A DNA stretch of 64,000 bases from Prevotella sp. (GTDB lineage: Bacteria; Bacteroidota; Bacteroidia; Bacteroidales; Dysgonomonadaceae): assembly GCA_031285625.1 (NCBI GenBank), contig JAITVV010000029.1, positions 38,875 to 102,874 on the forward strand. The letters run 5' to 3'. Numbering within the stretch: position 1 is the stretch's first letter; each line of letters starts with the position of its first letter. This document shows positions 21,783 to 32,649 of the stretch, piece by piece. Made by a program: the position numbers and the translations under genes. Below the pieces are notes generated by a model. The model had not been told where the DNA came from, ran no database searches, and saw only the letters and a program-made list of their open reading frames with translations.

Positions 21783-22642
21783 AAAATAGGATTTACATTA
21801 TATTTCTGCTGGCCTTTGCTTTTTTGCTATCGTGCAGTAAAGGGGGGACTGGTGATGTGCAACAAGAACAGGTACCTATAGTAACAGTGAGGGATAAGAC
21901 ATTATATAAAAGTGAACTTAATAATGTTATACCTCAAACCCTTTCTTCGGAAGATAGTATTGCTGCTGTGCAAACATATGTCAAGATGTGGATTAATGAT
22001 CAGCTGATGTATGACAAAGCGCAGAAGAATATTGTAAATAAGGAAGATATTGAGCGGCTGGTTGCGGACTATAGAAAGTCGTTGATAACCAATTTATATC
22101 AGGAGCAATTATTGAAAGTACAATTGTCAAAATCGTTCTCTGATAAAGAATTAGAGTCTTTCTATGAGTCTAATAAAGATAAGTTCAAACTAAAGGAAAA
22201 TATAATTAAAGGTCTTTATCTGAAAGTCCCTGTAGATTCGAAGGAGTTGAATAATTTCCTAAAATGGTATAAGCAATCTACCGATGCTGCAGTAGAGAAT
22301 ATTGAAAAAAACACATTGCAGAATGCTGTTGGATATGAATATTTTTATAACAAGTGGGTAGCCCTGAATGATATAGCTGACAACATGCCTTTGTCTATTA
22401 ACAATGGGGATGAATTTCTTCGTACAAATAAGAATGTAGAAGTTCGCGACTCTTCCTTTGTTTATCTATTAAATATAAAAGAATATAAAACAATAGGGAG
22501 TGAAGCCCCATTTGAATATATAAAGAATCAACTTATTGAGGTATATACTGAACAGCGAAAATCTGATTATTTGAAAAAAGTTCAGCAGGACCTCTATGAT
22601 AAGGCTGTTTCGGATGAAGAAATTAAGTTTTATGACAAATAG
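21779..22642 (+). CDS. SurA/PPIase-like chaperone lipoprotein
   Basis: Lipobox LLSC; ATGA overlap with the upstream gene; conserved position in the Bacteroidales PPIase cluster. Confidence 0.72.
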   Translation: MKNRIYIIFLLAFAFLLSCSKGGTGDVQQEQVPIVTVRDKTLYKSELNNVIPQTLSSEDSIAAVQTYVKMWINDQLMYDKAQKNIVNKEDIERLVADYRKSLITNLYQEQLLKVQLSKSFSDKELESFYESNKDKFKLKENIIKGLYLKVPVDSKELNNFLKWYKQSTDAAVENIEKNTLQNAVGYEYFYNKWVALNDIADNMPLSINNGDEFLRTNKNVEVRDSSFVYLLNIKEYKTIGSEAPFEYIKNQLIEVYTEQRKSDYLKKVQQDLYDKAVSDEEIKFYDK

Positions 22643-22722
22643 ACTATAACTTCTTTTTTTACGTTAAGAAAAAGTGATACATTATCACTATATTTACGCC
22701 ACTTTTTAATAAACAGACAAAA

Positions 22723-24114
22723 ATGATGCAAAAAGCCAGAAAACTGATTTTATTACTAATACTATTAGGTTCGGGTATTATGAGCTACGCTCAAAATAAT
22801 GTAATAGATGAAATAATATGGGTAGTGGGCGATGAGGCTATCCTGAAATCGGATGTGGAAAAAGTACGTTTGGGTATGCTATCCAGAGGAGAGCGTATCG
22901 AGGGGGATCCATATTGCCTGATACCGGAGCAGCTTGCCGTACAGAAATTATTTCTTGATCAGGCCAAAATCGATAGTATAGATGTACCTGCTTCTGTTGT
23001 TAACAGTGGTTTGTCCAGATATGAAAATAATGTAATAGCCAATCTGGGTTCGAAGGAAAAAGCAGAGGAATATCTTGGTGCTACAATGAATCAGTTGAGG
23101 GAAGAATGGCGTGAACAGATTCGCAGCGATTATTTAGTTACTGAAGTAAAGAAAACTCTGGTAGGTAAAAAGTCCAATTTAACGCCTTCAGAGGTTAGAC
23201 GCTATTATGCTCAGTTACCAAAAGATAGTTTGCCATATATTCCAACAACAGTAGAAGTACAGATTATTACAAATGAGCCTGTAGTTCCATTAAAGGAAAT
23301 AGATCAGGTGAAAGATCGTTTAAGGGATTATACCAACAGGGTAAATTCCGGTTCTGCCGATTTCTCAACTCTGGCCATTATGTATTCTGAAGATCCCGGT
23401 TCTGCTGCCAATGGGGGAGAGCTAGGTTTCACAGGGCGCGCTTTGCTTGCACCTGAGTTTGCCAGTGTTGCATTCTCTTTATCAGATCCGAAAAAAGTAT
23501 CTAATATAGTGGAAACTGAATATGGGTTCCATATCATCCAGTTGATAGAACGTAGAGGAGACCGCGCTAATTTCCGCCATATATTGATCCGTCCTAAGGT
23601 ATCACCTGAAGAAATGTCAAAAGCAACTCATCGTCTCGATTCAATTGCAAGTGATATAAGGGCTAATAAATTTACATTTGAGGATGCTACTGTATTATCT
23701 TTTGATAAAGATACACGTAAGAATAACGGATTGATGGTAAACCGTAAAGAAAGTGTAAACTATGGTACTCCCCGTTTTACGATGGAAGAACTACCTACAG
23801 AAGTGGGTAAAGTTGTAAATACAATGAAAGTCGGGGATATCTCTCCATCCTTTACAATGAAACTGGCTAATGGTAAAGATGTGGTTGCCATTGTAAAATT
23901 GAAAACAAGGACAGAAGGACACGTAGCCAATGTTTCGGACGATTATCAGGCACTTAAAGAAATCGTTGAAAATAAAAAGCATGAAGAAGTGCTGAAAAAA
24001 TGGCTTCAGACTAAAATAAAAGATACTTATGTAAGAATCGACAAGGATTGGGAAAACTGTGACTTTCAATATCCGGATTGGGTGAAGAAAAGCCAGGCTG
24101 TAAGCAATAAATAA
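22723..24114 (+). CDS. surA: SurA-like peptidylprolyl isomerase
   Basis: IDEIIWVVGDEAIL, YSEDPGSAANGGELG, VETEYGFHIIQL and RHILI. Confidence 0.88.
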   Translation: MMQKARKLILLLILLGSGIMSYAQNNVIDEIIWVVGDEAILKSDVEKVRLGMLSRGERIEGDPYCLIPEQLAVQKLFLDQAKIDSIDVPASVVNSGLSRYENNVIANLGSKEKAEEYLGATMNQLREEWREQIRSDYLVTEVKKTLVGKKSNLTPSEVRRYYAQLPKDSLPYIPTTVEVQIITNEPVVPLKEIDQVKDRLRDYTNRVNSGSADFSTLAIMYSEDPGSAANGGELGFTGRALLAPEFASVAFSLSDPKKVSNIVETEYGFHIIQLIERRGDRANFRHILIRPKVSPEEMSKATHRLDSIASDIRANKFTFEDATVLSFDKDTRKNNGLMVNRKESVNYGTPRFTMEELPTEVGKVVNTMKVGDISPSFTMKLANGKDVVAIVKLKTRTEGHVANVSDDYQALKEIVENKKHEEVLKKWLQTKIKDTYVRIDKDWENCDFQYPDWVKKSQAVSNK

Positions 24115-24138
24115 TCGAAAGTACTTACAAAATAAAAT

Positions 24139-24151
24139 AGGTCTGTGACCT
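24139..24151. repeat. 13-bp palindrome family, copy 2
   Basis: AATAAAAT-AGGTCTGTGACCT in the surA-ostA gap. Confidence 0.7.
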
Positions 24152-24160
24152 GCCAATTGC

Positions 24161-25984
24161 GTGTTTAAGAAATTTATAACATATCTCTATCAAAGGCATA
24201 AGATACTTACTAGTATTTTATGCCTGATTGCTATTTATGCTTCGGCACAGGCAATGATGTCGCCCCGTATAAATATAGATGTTCTTCAGGTACCGCAAAA
24301 GCCGCAGGCACCTCAGAATCTTCAGCAATCAGGAAAGCCAAAAGTCATAGTATTGGTTCACTCAAAGGATGTGATTAAACGTTTGAATTTTGATTATCAG
24401 ATAATGAAGGACAGCGTTATTTTCTTTCATGATGGAGCCTACCTCTTCTGTGATAGTGCCTATTATGATGAGAAAAAAAACTCATTCGAAGCCTTCAGTA
24501 ATGTACGCATGGAACAGGGTGATACCCTTTTCCTGTATGGAAATTATATGCATTATGATGGTAATACAAAACTCGTTATGTTCCGGGAGAATGTCCGTCT
24601 TGAACATGGTAGTGGAACGCTCTTTACTGATAGTTTGAATTATGACCGTATGATGAATATCGGTTATTACTTTGATGGTGGAATGCTGGTAGACTCTCTG
24701 AATGAACTGACTTCTTACTGGGGACAATATGAGCCGAACTTAAAGCTCGCTACATTTAAAGATAGTGTGATATTACTGAATCCTAAATTTACTCTTTATT
24801 CCGATCGCTTAAAATATAATACGGATACGAAGATCGCAGATATATATACTCCAACTAAAATTGTTTCTGACAGCGGCATAATATATACAAGTAAAGGATG
24901 GTATAATACCGTAACGGAAGAATCGCTGTTGCTCGATCAGTCTACAGTGGTCAATAAGGAAGGTAACCGGATTTTGCGGGGAGATTCCATTTCTTACCAT
25001 AAGGCAAAAGGATATGGGGAAGTATATGGAAATATGTTTTTGCAGGACACAACCAAACGGGTTATTCTGAGAGGGCACTATGGCTATTATAATGAGCTGA
25101 CAGATTATGCTTTTGCTACCGATTCCGCATATTGTATCGAGTATTCTCAGGGCGATAGCTTATTTATCCATGCTGATACATTAAAACTGATTACAATTAT
25201 TGATAGTGTAAAGCCAATCCGTAATGATAGGGTGGAAAGAGCTGTTACCAGAGCTGATTCGCTACACTCAGATTCACTTCGTTTGGAGCCTGTTGCGAAG
25301 AGTGATTCAACATCTTTTTCCCTGACTAAGGATACAGCTAATACCATTTATCGTCAGATAAAAGCATATTATGGAGTGCGTTTCTACCGCTCTGATATGC
25401 AGGGAGTATGTGACTCATTGCAATTCGATTCCCGAGATTCCGTTCTTCATATGTATAAAGATCCGGTACTTTGGAATACCAACAGGCAGATTTATGGGGA
25501 TACGATAGATATTTTCATGAATGATAGTACAATTGACTATATGCATGTGAAGCGATATAGTTTTTCTATAGAAGATAAGGATTCCATTCATTATAATCAA
25601 TTGAAGGCCCGTTCTATGAAAATGTTCTTTAAGGGTAAGAAATTGAATAGGGTTCTGGCTGAAGGAAATGTAGAAACTATAGCATATCCGGAAGAAAAGG
25701 ATAAGGAGCTAAGTGGTATTCTTAACTGGCTGGAAAGTAGCTATCTGCAAATATTTATGAAAGATGATGGTACTTTCGAAAAGCTGGTTACCTGGCCTAA
25801 ATCTGTAGGGAAAACCACTCCATTCGATTTGGTTACTCCTGCCCAGTTGAGGCTCACCGATTTTTACTGGTATGATTATTTGAGGCCACTTGATAAGGAT
25901 GATATATTCAGGAAGGCAACAAGGAAAGCATCTGATATAAAACCTCAACGAAGTAAATCTTCTGTCTTTAACAGGGAAGAATAA
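24161..25984 (+). CDS. OstA-like (LptA/LptD beta-jellyroll) protein
   Basis: LFCDSAYY, FEAFSNVRMEQGDTL, LFTDSLNYDR and repeated xDS/xDT beta-turns; GTG start. Confidence 0.82.
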   Translation: MFKKFITYLYQRHKILTSILCLIAIYASAQAMMSPRINIDVLQVPQKPQAPQNLQQSGKPKVIVLVHSKDVIKRLNFDYQIMKDSVIFFHDGAYLFCDSAYYDEKKNSFEAFSNVRMEQGDTLFLYGNYMHYDGNTKLVMFRENVRLEHGSGTLFTDSLNYDRMMNIGYYFDGGMLVDSLNELTSYWGQYEPNLKLATFKDSVILLNPKFTLYSDRLKYNTDTKIADIYTPTKIVSDSGIIYTSKGWYNTVTEESLLLDQSTVVNKEGNRILRGDSISYHKAKGYGEVYGNMFLQDTTKRVILRGHYGYYNELTDYAFATDSAYCIEYSQGDSLFIHADTLKLITIIDSVKPIRNDRVERAVTRADSLHSDSLRLEPVAKSDSTSFSLTKDTANTIYRQIKAYYGVRFYRSDMQGVCDSLQFDSRDSVLHMYKDPVLWNTNRQIYGDTIDIFMNDSTIDYMHVKRYSFSIEDKDSIHYNQLKARSMKMFFKGKKLNRVLAEGNVETIAYPEEKDKELSGILNWLESSYLQIFMKDDGTFEKLVTWPKSVGKTTPFDLVTPAQLRLTDFYWYDYLRPLDKDDIFRKATRKASDIKPQRSKSSVFNREE

Positions 25985-26001
25985 ATTCATAAAATATACA
26001 A

Positions 26002-27834
26002 ATGAGCGATATAATACACCTTTTACCCGATTCTATAGCCAATCAGATAGCAGCAGGGGAGGTCATTCAACGTCCTTCATCTGTAGTTAAAGAATTGGTG
26101 GAGAACGCAATTGATGCCGGTGCCGATAGCATTCAACTTATTATCAAAGATGCCGGAAGAACATTGATACAGGTAATAGATAATGGTAAAGGTATGTCTG
26201 CGACGGATGCCCGTATGGCTTTTGAGCGACATGCTACTTCCAAGATAAGATCTGCAGATGATCTTTTCGGTCTGCATACAATGGGATTCAGGGGCGAGGC
26301 ATTACCCTCTATTGCCGCAATTGCCCATGTTGAACTTAAAACCAGAAGGGCAGAAGATGAACTAGGCACTTTGCTGCAGATAGCTGGTTCACAGGTTGTA
26401 GGACAAGAGCCTGTCGCATGTCCGGTAGGAAGTAATTTTTCTGTAAAGAATATATTTTTCAATGTTCCTGCCCGCCGGAAATTTTTGAAATCGAACGATA
26501 CAGAACGAAGAAATATACTGACAGAACTGGAACGTATTGTTTTGGTTAATCCTTCAATCGAATTTTCCTTTATTGATAATGATATAGAAGTATTGAAATA
26601 CCCTGCATGCAGTTTGCGTCAGCGAATAGTAAATGTAGTTGGTAAAAGCTTCAACCAACAACTTATATCTATTGATGTAGATACATCTTTGGCTAAGATA
26701 ACAGGCTTTGTAGGTAAACCTGAATCAGCCCGTAAGACAAGGGCACAGCAATTCTTCTTTGTGAATAACAGGTATATGAGACACCCCTACTTCAATAGGG
26801 CTGTTTTGTCTGCATTTGAGCCATTGATTCCTACAGGAGAGTTTCCTAATTATTTCATTTATTTAGATGTTGATCCGTCTACTATAGATGTAAATATACA
26901 CCCTACAAAGACAGAGATCAAGTTTGAGAATGAGCAGCCTATCTGGCAGATACTTTCTGCGGCCGTAAAAGAAGCTTTGGGGAAATTTAATGAAGTACCA
27001 ACAATCGATTTTGATACGGAGGGGGCTATAGATATACCTATTCACGACCCGTCTAAAAATACAAGTCAGCCCCGTGTGAACGTCAACCCGTCATATAATC
27101 CGTTCAAATCTCCTTCTTCTGCAAACTATCAGCGCCCCAGTCTTGATTGGGAACAATTCTATCAGGGATTCGAAAAGGATAAAGGGGGACTTGATGTACA
27201 GAATGAACCGAATGTTGATGTAAATATTTTTAATCAGCTTGAGAATTCAATTGAAGCCGATAGAGGAAATAATGATATGGTTATCCATTATCAATATAAG
27301 AATCGTTATATACTAACTTCTGTTAAGTCCGGTCTGATGCTTATCGACCAGCATAGGGCACATATTCGTATTTTGTTTGATCAGTTTCTAAGTCAGATCG
27401 AGCATAAGAAAGGTATCTCACAACGGGCATTGTTTCCCGAAATCATTGAATTATCTCCATCCGAATCGGCTATGATTCCATATCTGATAGATGATCTTGC
27501 GGCTGTAGGATTCGATTTAAGCCATTTGGGCAACAATGCTTATGCAATAAATGGAACGCCATCAGAGATCAATGCAGATCCTGTGCAGCTGGTTCATAAT
27601 ATGATTGATAAAAGTATTGAAAGCGGTAGTGATGTAAAAGAAGAGATACGTGAATCTCTGGCGCTATCCATGGCTAATGCTGCTGCTATACCTTATGGAC
27701 ATAAATTATCGGATGAGGAAATGAATAAGATTGTAGACCAGCTGTTTGCATCTCCTGCTTATAAACACACTCCTGATGGTAAAACAATTATATCTATGCT
27801 TGAAGATGATGTAATTGAGAAAATGTTTAGGTAA
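26002..27834 (+). CDS. mutL: DNA mismatch repair protein MutL
   Basis: [34 protein letters not shown] and DQHRAH. Confidence 0.97.
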   Translation: MSDIIHLLPDSIANQIAAGEVIQRPSSVVKELVENAIDAGADSIQLIIKDAGRTLIQVIDNGKGMSATDARMAFERHATSKIRSADDLFGLHTMGFRGEALPSIAAIAHVELKTRRAEDELGTLLQIAGSQVVGQEPVACPVGSNFSVKNIFFNVPARRKFLKSNDTERRNILTELERIVLVNPSIEFSFIDNDIEVLKYPACSLRQRIVNVVGKSFNQQLISIDVDTSLAKITGFVGKPESARKTRAQQFFFVNNRYMRHPYFNRAVLSAFEPLIPTGEFPNYFIYLDVDPSTIDVNIHPTKTEIKFENEQPIWQILSAAVKEALGKFNEVPTIDFDTEGAIDIPIHDPSKNTSQPRVNVNPSYNPFKSPSSANYQRPSLDWEQFYQGFEKDKGGLDVQNEPNVDVNIFNQLENSIEADRGNNDMVIHYQYKNRYILTSVKSGLMLIDQHRAHIRILFDQFLSQIEHKKGISQRALFPEIIELSPSESAMIPYLIDDLAAVGFDLSHLGNNAYAINGTPSEINADPVQLVHNMIDKSIESGSDVKEEIRESLALSMANAAAIPYGHKLSDEEMNKIVDQLFASPAYKHTPDGKTIISMLEDDVIEKMFR

Positions 27835-27886
27835 TATTTTTACCATACCTGGGGATAATCCCTTGATGTAAGCCAAAACTAATAAT

Positions 27887-27930
27887 AAATAAGCGAAGAG
27901 TAAGGTTACAACCTTGCTCTTCGCTTATTT
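27887..27930. terminator. Bidirectional terminator (mutL / dcw operon end)
   Basis: AAATAAGCGAAGAGTAAGGTT...AACCTTGCTCTTCGCTTATTT. Confidence 0.85.
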
Positions 27931-27942
27931 GTAAAATATCTT

Positions 27943-28395
27943 TTATTTACTCAATAATTTCTTTACAGTTTCTGATATAGCCTTACCTGCTGCTACACCT
28001 GCAAGGGATTTTGTGGCAACACCCATAACCTTACCCATATCGGCAGGAGATGTAGCTCCAACCTGAGCAATAATTTCAGCTACTTTAGTATCCAGTTCTT
28101 CCTGAGATAATTGCTTTGGTAAGTATGTTTCAATAACTGCCAGCTCTGCCAGTTCTTTTTCAGCGAGGTCAGCACGGTTCTGCCCCGAATATATCTCGGC
28201 ACTATCCCGGCGTTGTTTAGCCATTTTCTGCATTATCTGGATGGCAGTCTCATCAGATAACTCATCACTCGCTCCTTTAGCTGTTTTCGCTTCTAAAAAC
28301 TCTTTTTTCATTCCGCGCAATGCTTCCAGTCTGATTTTATCTTTTGCACGCATTGCATCTTTGATATCTTCGCTTACTTTATCAAATAAGTTCAT
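27943..28395 (-). CDS. GatB/YqeY domain protein
   Basis: DIKDAMRAKDKIRL, KQRRDS, YLPKQLS and DMGKVMG. Confidence 0.92.
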   Translation of the reverse strand: MNLFDKVSEDIKDAMRAKDKIRLEALRGMKKEFLEAKTAKGASDELSDETAIQIMQKMAKQRRDSAEIYSGQNRADLAEKELAELAVIETYLPKQLSQEELDTKVAEIIAQVGATSPADMGKVMGVATKSLAGVAAGKAISETVKKLLSK

Positions 28396-28411
28396 CTGTT
28401 ATATTGTTTGT

Positions 28412-29698
28412 TTAGTCGTTAAAAAGCCCTCCCTGTTTTCTTTGCTCAGGCTTATAATCACTAGGGTTGAATTTCTCGTCACGTTTAAATACCGGAGTAT
28501 TTTCCAATGCATCAACGATTTTGTCATCATCCAGTTCTTCAGATGATAGTATAATAGGTTTTTGTCCAAAGAAAGAAGATCTTACGGCTACTGTTTGTAC
28601 ACCATCTTTTCCATAATGTTTTTCAATCATTTCGTTAATGCGGCGTTTTTCTTCTTCTTCAAGACGTATACGCTCTTCTTCCTCTTCTTCGTCTATTTCG
28701 GGAACGATATCCATTCCCGGAATACTAGACATTCCAAATCCGGTCGCTAAAAGAGTTATTTTCACTCTCTCTCCTAATTTTTTATCTGTAGCAGTACCCC
28801 ATATTACTTCAATTTCAGGACCAAATCGTTTCATAAAGTTAGCCACAGCTTCCATTTCTTCTATGATAAGCGGAGCCTCTTCACTGGAATAGATATTGAA
28901 TAATATCTTTTTCGCATCAAATACATCGTTATTATTTAATAATGGGGAATGCAGTGCATTTACAATGGCATCTTCTACACGGTTATCCCCTTCGCCGTAG
29001 CCACTACTCATGATGGCTACTCCACCGTCTTTCATTATCGTTTTTACATCGGCAAAGTCGAGATTGATATGACCATGTACTGTAATGATTTCGGCAATGC
29101 CTTTAGCAGCGATAGTTAATGTATCGTCAGCTTTTGCAAACGCATTGGGTATGGTAAGGTCAGCGTAGATATCTATTAGTCGCTCATTGTTGATCACCAG
29201 AAGGGCATCTACATTCTTAGCTATATCTTCTACACCTTTCAGTGCTTGTATAATCTTCTTACGGCCTTCAAAAACAAAAGGTATGGTTACGATACCCACT
29301 GTAAGGATTCCTAAGTCTTTAGCTATGCGGGCAACAACAGGTGCTGCTCCGGTTCCGGTTCCTCCTCCCATCCCGGCAGTGATAAATACCATTCTGGTAC
29401 CATCACTCAGTAGTTTTTGAAGGTCTTCCCTGCTTTCTTCAGCAGCAGCTTTGGCTACTTCAGGACGGTTTCCAGCGCCAAGCCCTTCTGTTGTTTTCTT
29501 TCCAAGCTGTATACGGGTTTCCACAGGAGACTCGCATAGAGCCTGATTATCTGTATTACATAATGCAAAGGACACATCATGTATTCCTTCATTATACATA
29601 TGGTTTACAGCATTGCCGCCACCGCCTCCAACACCTATTACTTTTATAATTGTCTGAGTTCTTTTTGGGAATTGGAAATCCAGTATTTTTTCGTCCAT
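28412..29698 (-). CDS. ftsZ: Cell division protein FtsZ
   Basis: IKVIGVGGGGGNAVN, GMGGGTGTG and INLDFADV. Confidence 0.98.
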   Translation of the reverse strand: MDEKILDFQFPKRTQTIIKVIGVGGGGGNAVNHMYNEGIHDVSFALCNTDNQALCESPVETRIQLGKKTTEGLGAGNRPEVAKAAAEESREDLQKLLSDGTRMVFITAGMGGGTGTGAAPVVARIAKDLGILTVGIVTIPFVFEGRKKIIQALKGVEDIAKNVDALLVINNERLIDIYADLTIPNAFAKADDTLTIAAKGIAEIITVHGHINLDFADVKTIMKDGGVAIMSSGYGEGDNRVEDAIVNALHSPLLNNNDVFDAKKILFNIYSSEEAPLIIEEMEAVANFMKRFGPEIEVIWGTATDKKLGERVKITLLATGFGMSSIPGMDIVPEIDEEEEEERIRLEEEEKRRINEMIEKHYGKDGVQTVAVRSSFFGQKPIILSSEELDDDKIVDALENTPVFKRDEKFNPSDYKPEQRKQGGLFND

Positions 29699-29739
29699 AT
29701 CTTAAAGCTGTTTATTTTATAATTTAAGGAATTTGAAAA

Positions 29740-31071
29740 TTATTCTTCATCGTTGAATACAGTGCCACCAAAGTTCTGCACTTTTTCAAAGAACCTGAAG
29801 AGTGATGTTTGTCCTTTATTTTTATCTTTTTTCCCTTTCTTTGGTTTAGGGTCTTCTTCCTCATCCTCCTCTTCTTCTTTTGGCTCAGGGGTAGGAGTAG
29901 GTGGTGTAGGAGCTACATATACAGGTTCCGGTTTTGGAGCTTCTTTCTTTTCACAGTTTTCATTTGCAAAAAGTAATAGGCTCAGAGCCTGTGTATAAAG
30001 AGGGTTTTGCAACAGTTCAGCAGCGTTGTTGATATATACACGTTTTGCAGTAGCCCGCTTGACCGGCATTTGTGCCTTTTCAGCAAAATATTCAACCAAG
30101 CCATCTATTTGGGATGCACCACCAATCATAATGATTCCTGCATCCAGCTGTTCTGCATATCCTGATTCTTTGATCTGGTTTATTACATTCAGAATAATCT
30201 CATCTTGCCGTAGTTGGATCACTTTGTTTAATTCTCTAAGATCCACTTCAGGGGATGTCTCACCAGCTGCTTTATTCTTATCTTTTCCTAGTTTTCCATA
30301 ACGGATTTTATAAGTTTCGGCAGAATCGAATACAAATCCCAGTTCCTGAACGTCTTTTGTAATTGTACGGCCTCCAAAAGGGATAACAGCCATGTAGCGC
30401 AACAGCCCTTTCTTATAAATAGACAGTGTAGTAGTTCCTGCGCCAAAATCAACAAGGGCGCATCCTGCCTGCCTGTCGGGCTCATCAAGAACTAAAGCTC
30501 CTGCAGCCACAGGGCCTACTATAAATCCGGCAATATCTATTTGCGCTTTGTCTGTAATACTTTTTATCAAGTTTGCTTTGATATTAGGACGTCCTATAAC
30601 TAAGCGGTAGTGTCCTTCTATGACAGAAGCAACCTTATCAATAGGATCTTCTTCATATTGCCCTTCAATAAAGTATTCAGGGGCAAGTACACTATAATTA
30701 GCAAAAAAATCAGGCTTATTCAGTTTGGCTTGTTGCTCCATGCCATCCAGTACAGCAAAAGTAATGGGTGTTACACCATCCAGTAATTTGGTCTCCTTAT
30801 GCTCGATGGCACGAAGTGATTTACCGGCTACCGAAACATAAGCCTTGCCTATTTTTTTACCCGTTTTGTTTTCAAGCAGGTTGATAAGTTTTTTTATTTT
30901 ACCAGCTGCTTCATCTATGTTATAAATGACACCATATTTTACACACGAATCAGAAGGAATACTTTCTGATGCAAGGATAGAAATTACTCCCTGCTCATTT
31001 TTCCGGCCCAATACTCCCACTATCTTTGAAGTACCAAGGTCAATACCTACAATAAAACCTGATTGTTCCAT
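29740..31071 (-). CDS. ftsA: Cell division protein FtsA
   Basis: GIDLGTSKI, VDFGAGTT and IGGAS; likely start MEQSG at 31071. Confidence 0.93.
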   Translation of the reverse strand: MEQSGFIVGIDLGTSKIVGVLGRKNEQGVISILASESIPSDSCVKYGVIYNIDEAAGKIKKLINLLENKTGKKIGKAYVSVAGKSLRAIEHKETKLLDGVTPITFAVLDGMEQQAKLNKPDFFANYSVLAPEYFIEGQYEEDPIDKVASVIEGHYRLVIGRPNIKANLIKSITDKAQIDIAGFIVGPVAAGALVLDEPDRQAGCALVDFGAGTTTLSIYKKGLLRYMAVIPFGGRTITKDVQELGFVFDSAETYKIRYGKLGKDKNKAAGETSPEVDLRELNKVIQLRQDEIILNVINQIKESGYAEQLDAGIIMIGGASQIDGLVEYFAEKAQMPVKRATAKRVYINNAAELLQNPLYTQALSLLLFANENCEKKEAPKPEPVYVAPTPPTPTPEPKEEEEDEEEDPKPKKGKKDKNKGQTSLFRFFEKVQNFGGTVFNDEE

Positions 31072-31122
31072 ATATCTTTTCCTTTTTATCCCGATCAAAA
31101 ATCGGTTAAATCTCTATTCTAT

Positions 31123-31857
31123 TCAACGCTTTGTGCAAACAACTTGTTTGTCAAACTTTAGATTAATGACAGAATATTTATTCCATCCAGTTTCGTTAAG
31201 GCCATTTTGGTAAAATGCAAGCAGTCGGTCGAGCTTCTCTTCGTATCCGTCGAGGCTGCCCAGTATAATCTGATGATCACCTACACGGGGTATAAGTTTG
31301 ATATCGAGATTCGGCTGAACAACAATCTGCTCGATCTGTGCATTCCAAAATTTATTATCATACAAAAATAATGCAAAATTATATAAGTCGGTCTTTGCAA
31401 ACTCTTCTTTTATACTACCTGTTGCAATATGAAGGTAAGCAGATGAACGTGTAGAAAGAGGCATTTTATCCCCTTCGCTATCGATATAATAATTGCCGCT
31501 TGTGCTACTGATAACTCTCAGAATCGGCTTCCGTTCTACTATTGAGGCTTTTACCGAACCATTATTTGTAATGAATACGCTTGCACTTTTTATCAATTGA
31601 TTCGACAGGATAGCTTCTTCCAGCTCATTTGTATTAATATCTTTTAGCAATTTACCTGTTGGGTCAAGTTTTTTTTCTTTGATGAACTGCTCTATATCCT
31701 TAGATTCGATGAACTGGTCTTCGGCTGTACTATTTTTTATTTCAACTTCAAAACCGGTGCACAAGCCATCCTTCGGTTTTCCCTGAAAATAGAATGCGGA
31801 GAAAATCAAATAGCCTGCAAGAAGGCATAGTCCGATGATGACTAATACTTTTTTCAT
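31123..31857 (-). CDS. ftsQ: Cell division protein FtsQ/DivIB
   Basis: N-terminal TM segment, ERKPILR, C-terminal YSVINLKFDKQVVC; position directly before ftsA. Confidence 0.87.
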   Translation of the reverse strand: MKKVLVIIGLCLLAGYLIFSAFYFQGKPKDGLCTGFEVEIKNSTAEDQFIESKDIEQFIKEKKLDPTGKLLKDINTNELEEAILSNQLIKSASVFITNNGSVKASIVERKPILRVISSTSGNYYIDSEGDKMPLSTRSSAYLHIATGSIKEEFAKTDLYNFALFLYDNKFWNAQIEQIVVQPNLDIKLIPRVGDHQIILGSLDGYEEKLDRLLAFYQNGLNETGWNKYSVINLKFDKQVVCTKR

Positions 31858-31863
31858 TTTTAT

Positions 31864-32649
31864 CTATATTTTTCTATATCCTCTGACATAATCCACTGAA
31901 AATTCCTTTGGATAAATCAGATCTTTTCCTTCTTTTGTTTCACCTATAGGAATTTCGTATATATTCAGCATAAACTGCATCGGGTAATCAGGAGACTGCT
32001 TTATTGAATGGGTTAATACATTGTCAATATAAAAATCAACTTTCTCCGGAGTCCATTCTGCAGCATATATATGAAATTGCGTAACATCTATATCAAAGCG
32101 GTTTTCATAAAATGCTTCTTCAAGTTTCGGATCATTAAACTTATGTATACCATACCCGATAACTGAGCTATTCTTTTCTATATTAGTCCCTTTTATTTCA
32201 AATATACATATCTCTGCCGATTCTGCAGGATTCTCTTCATAGCCAATCATCCACAGGGCACTAACGTTCGATCTGGTATCGGGTACTTTTGCCCTTATTT
32301 CAAAATATCCGTATAGAGGCAGGTACTTCCGTTGGTTTATCTGCTCTTCCCTAACTATACATTCAGGATTGAACTTATGCTGTCCCTCGCTGGTTCCTAA
32401 TACTCCGGCATATATACCAGTTTGTATGGATGAGCATTTCACTTCGCCGTTAAACTCCGGACACCAGGGTCTCTGGTCTTTCGTGATCTTCAGTACCAGA
32501 TTATTGTCTGTAAAATGGTAACTGGGTTTGGAATTCTCTCTTGAACTCCATTGAGGCAGATAATACGGAATCCAATTATCTTCGTCTATATTATTTCCTT
32601 CAAATTCGTCATTAAATTCGAGTATATATCCTCTTTTTTCAATGGTCAT
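31864..32649 (-). CDS. GH16-family glycoside hydrolase, no signal peptide, variant motif EICIFE
   Basis: FNDEFEG, YGYFEIRAK, ALWMIG, EICIFE, FHIYAAEWTP..FYIDN and FSVDYVR. Confidence 0.85.
   Translation of the reverse strand: MTIEKRGYILEFNDEFEGNNIDEDNWIPYYLPQWSSRENSKPSYHFTDNNLVLKITKDQRPWCPEFNGEVKCSSIQTGIYAGVLGTSEGQHKFNPECIVREEQINQRKYLPLYGYFEIRAKVPDTRSNVSALWMIGYEENPAESAEICIFEIKGTNIEKNSSVIGYGIHKFNDPKLEEAFYENRFDIDVTQFHIYAAEWTPEKVDFYIDNVLTHSIKQSPDYPMQFMLNIYEIPIGETKEGKDLIYPKEFSVDYVRGYRKI

Noticed and set aside
28638-29998. Low-complexity GAA/TCT tracts and Ser-rich antisense ORFs in ftsZ and ftsA
   Set aside because: They reflect the acidic and Pro-rich linkers of FtsZ and FtsA; the antisense ORFs are shadows.
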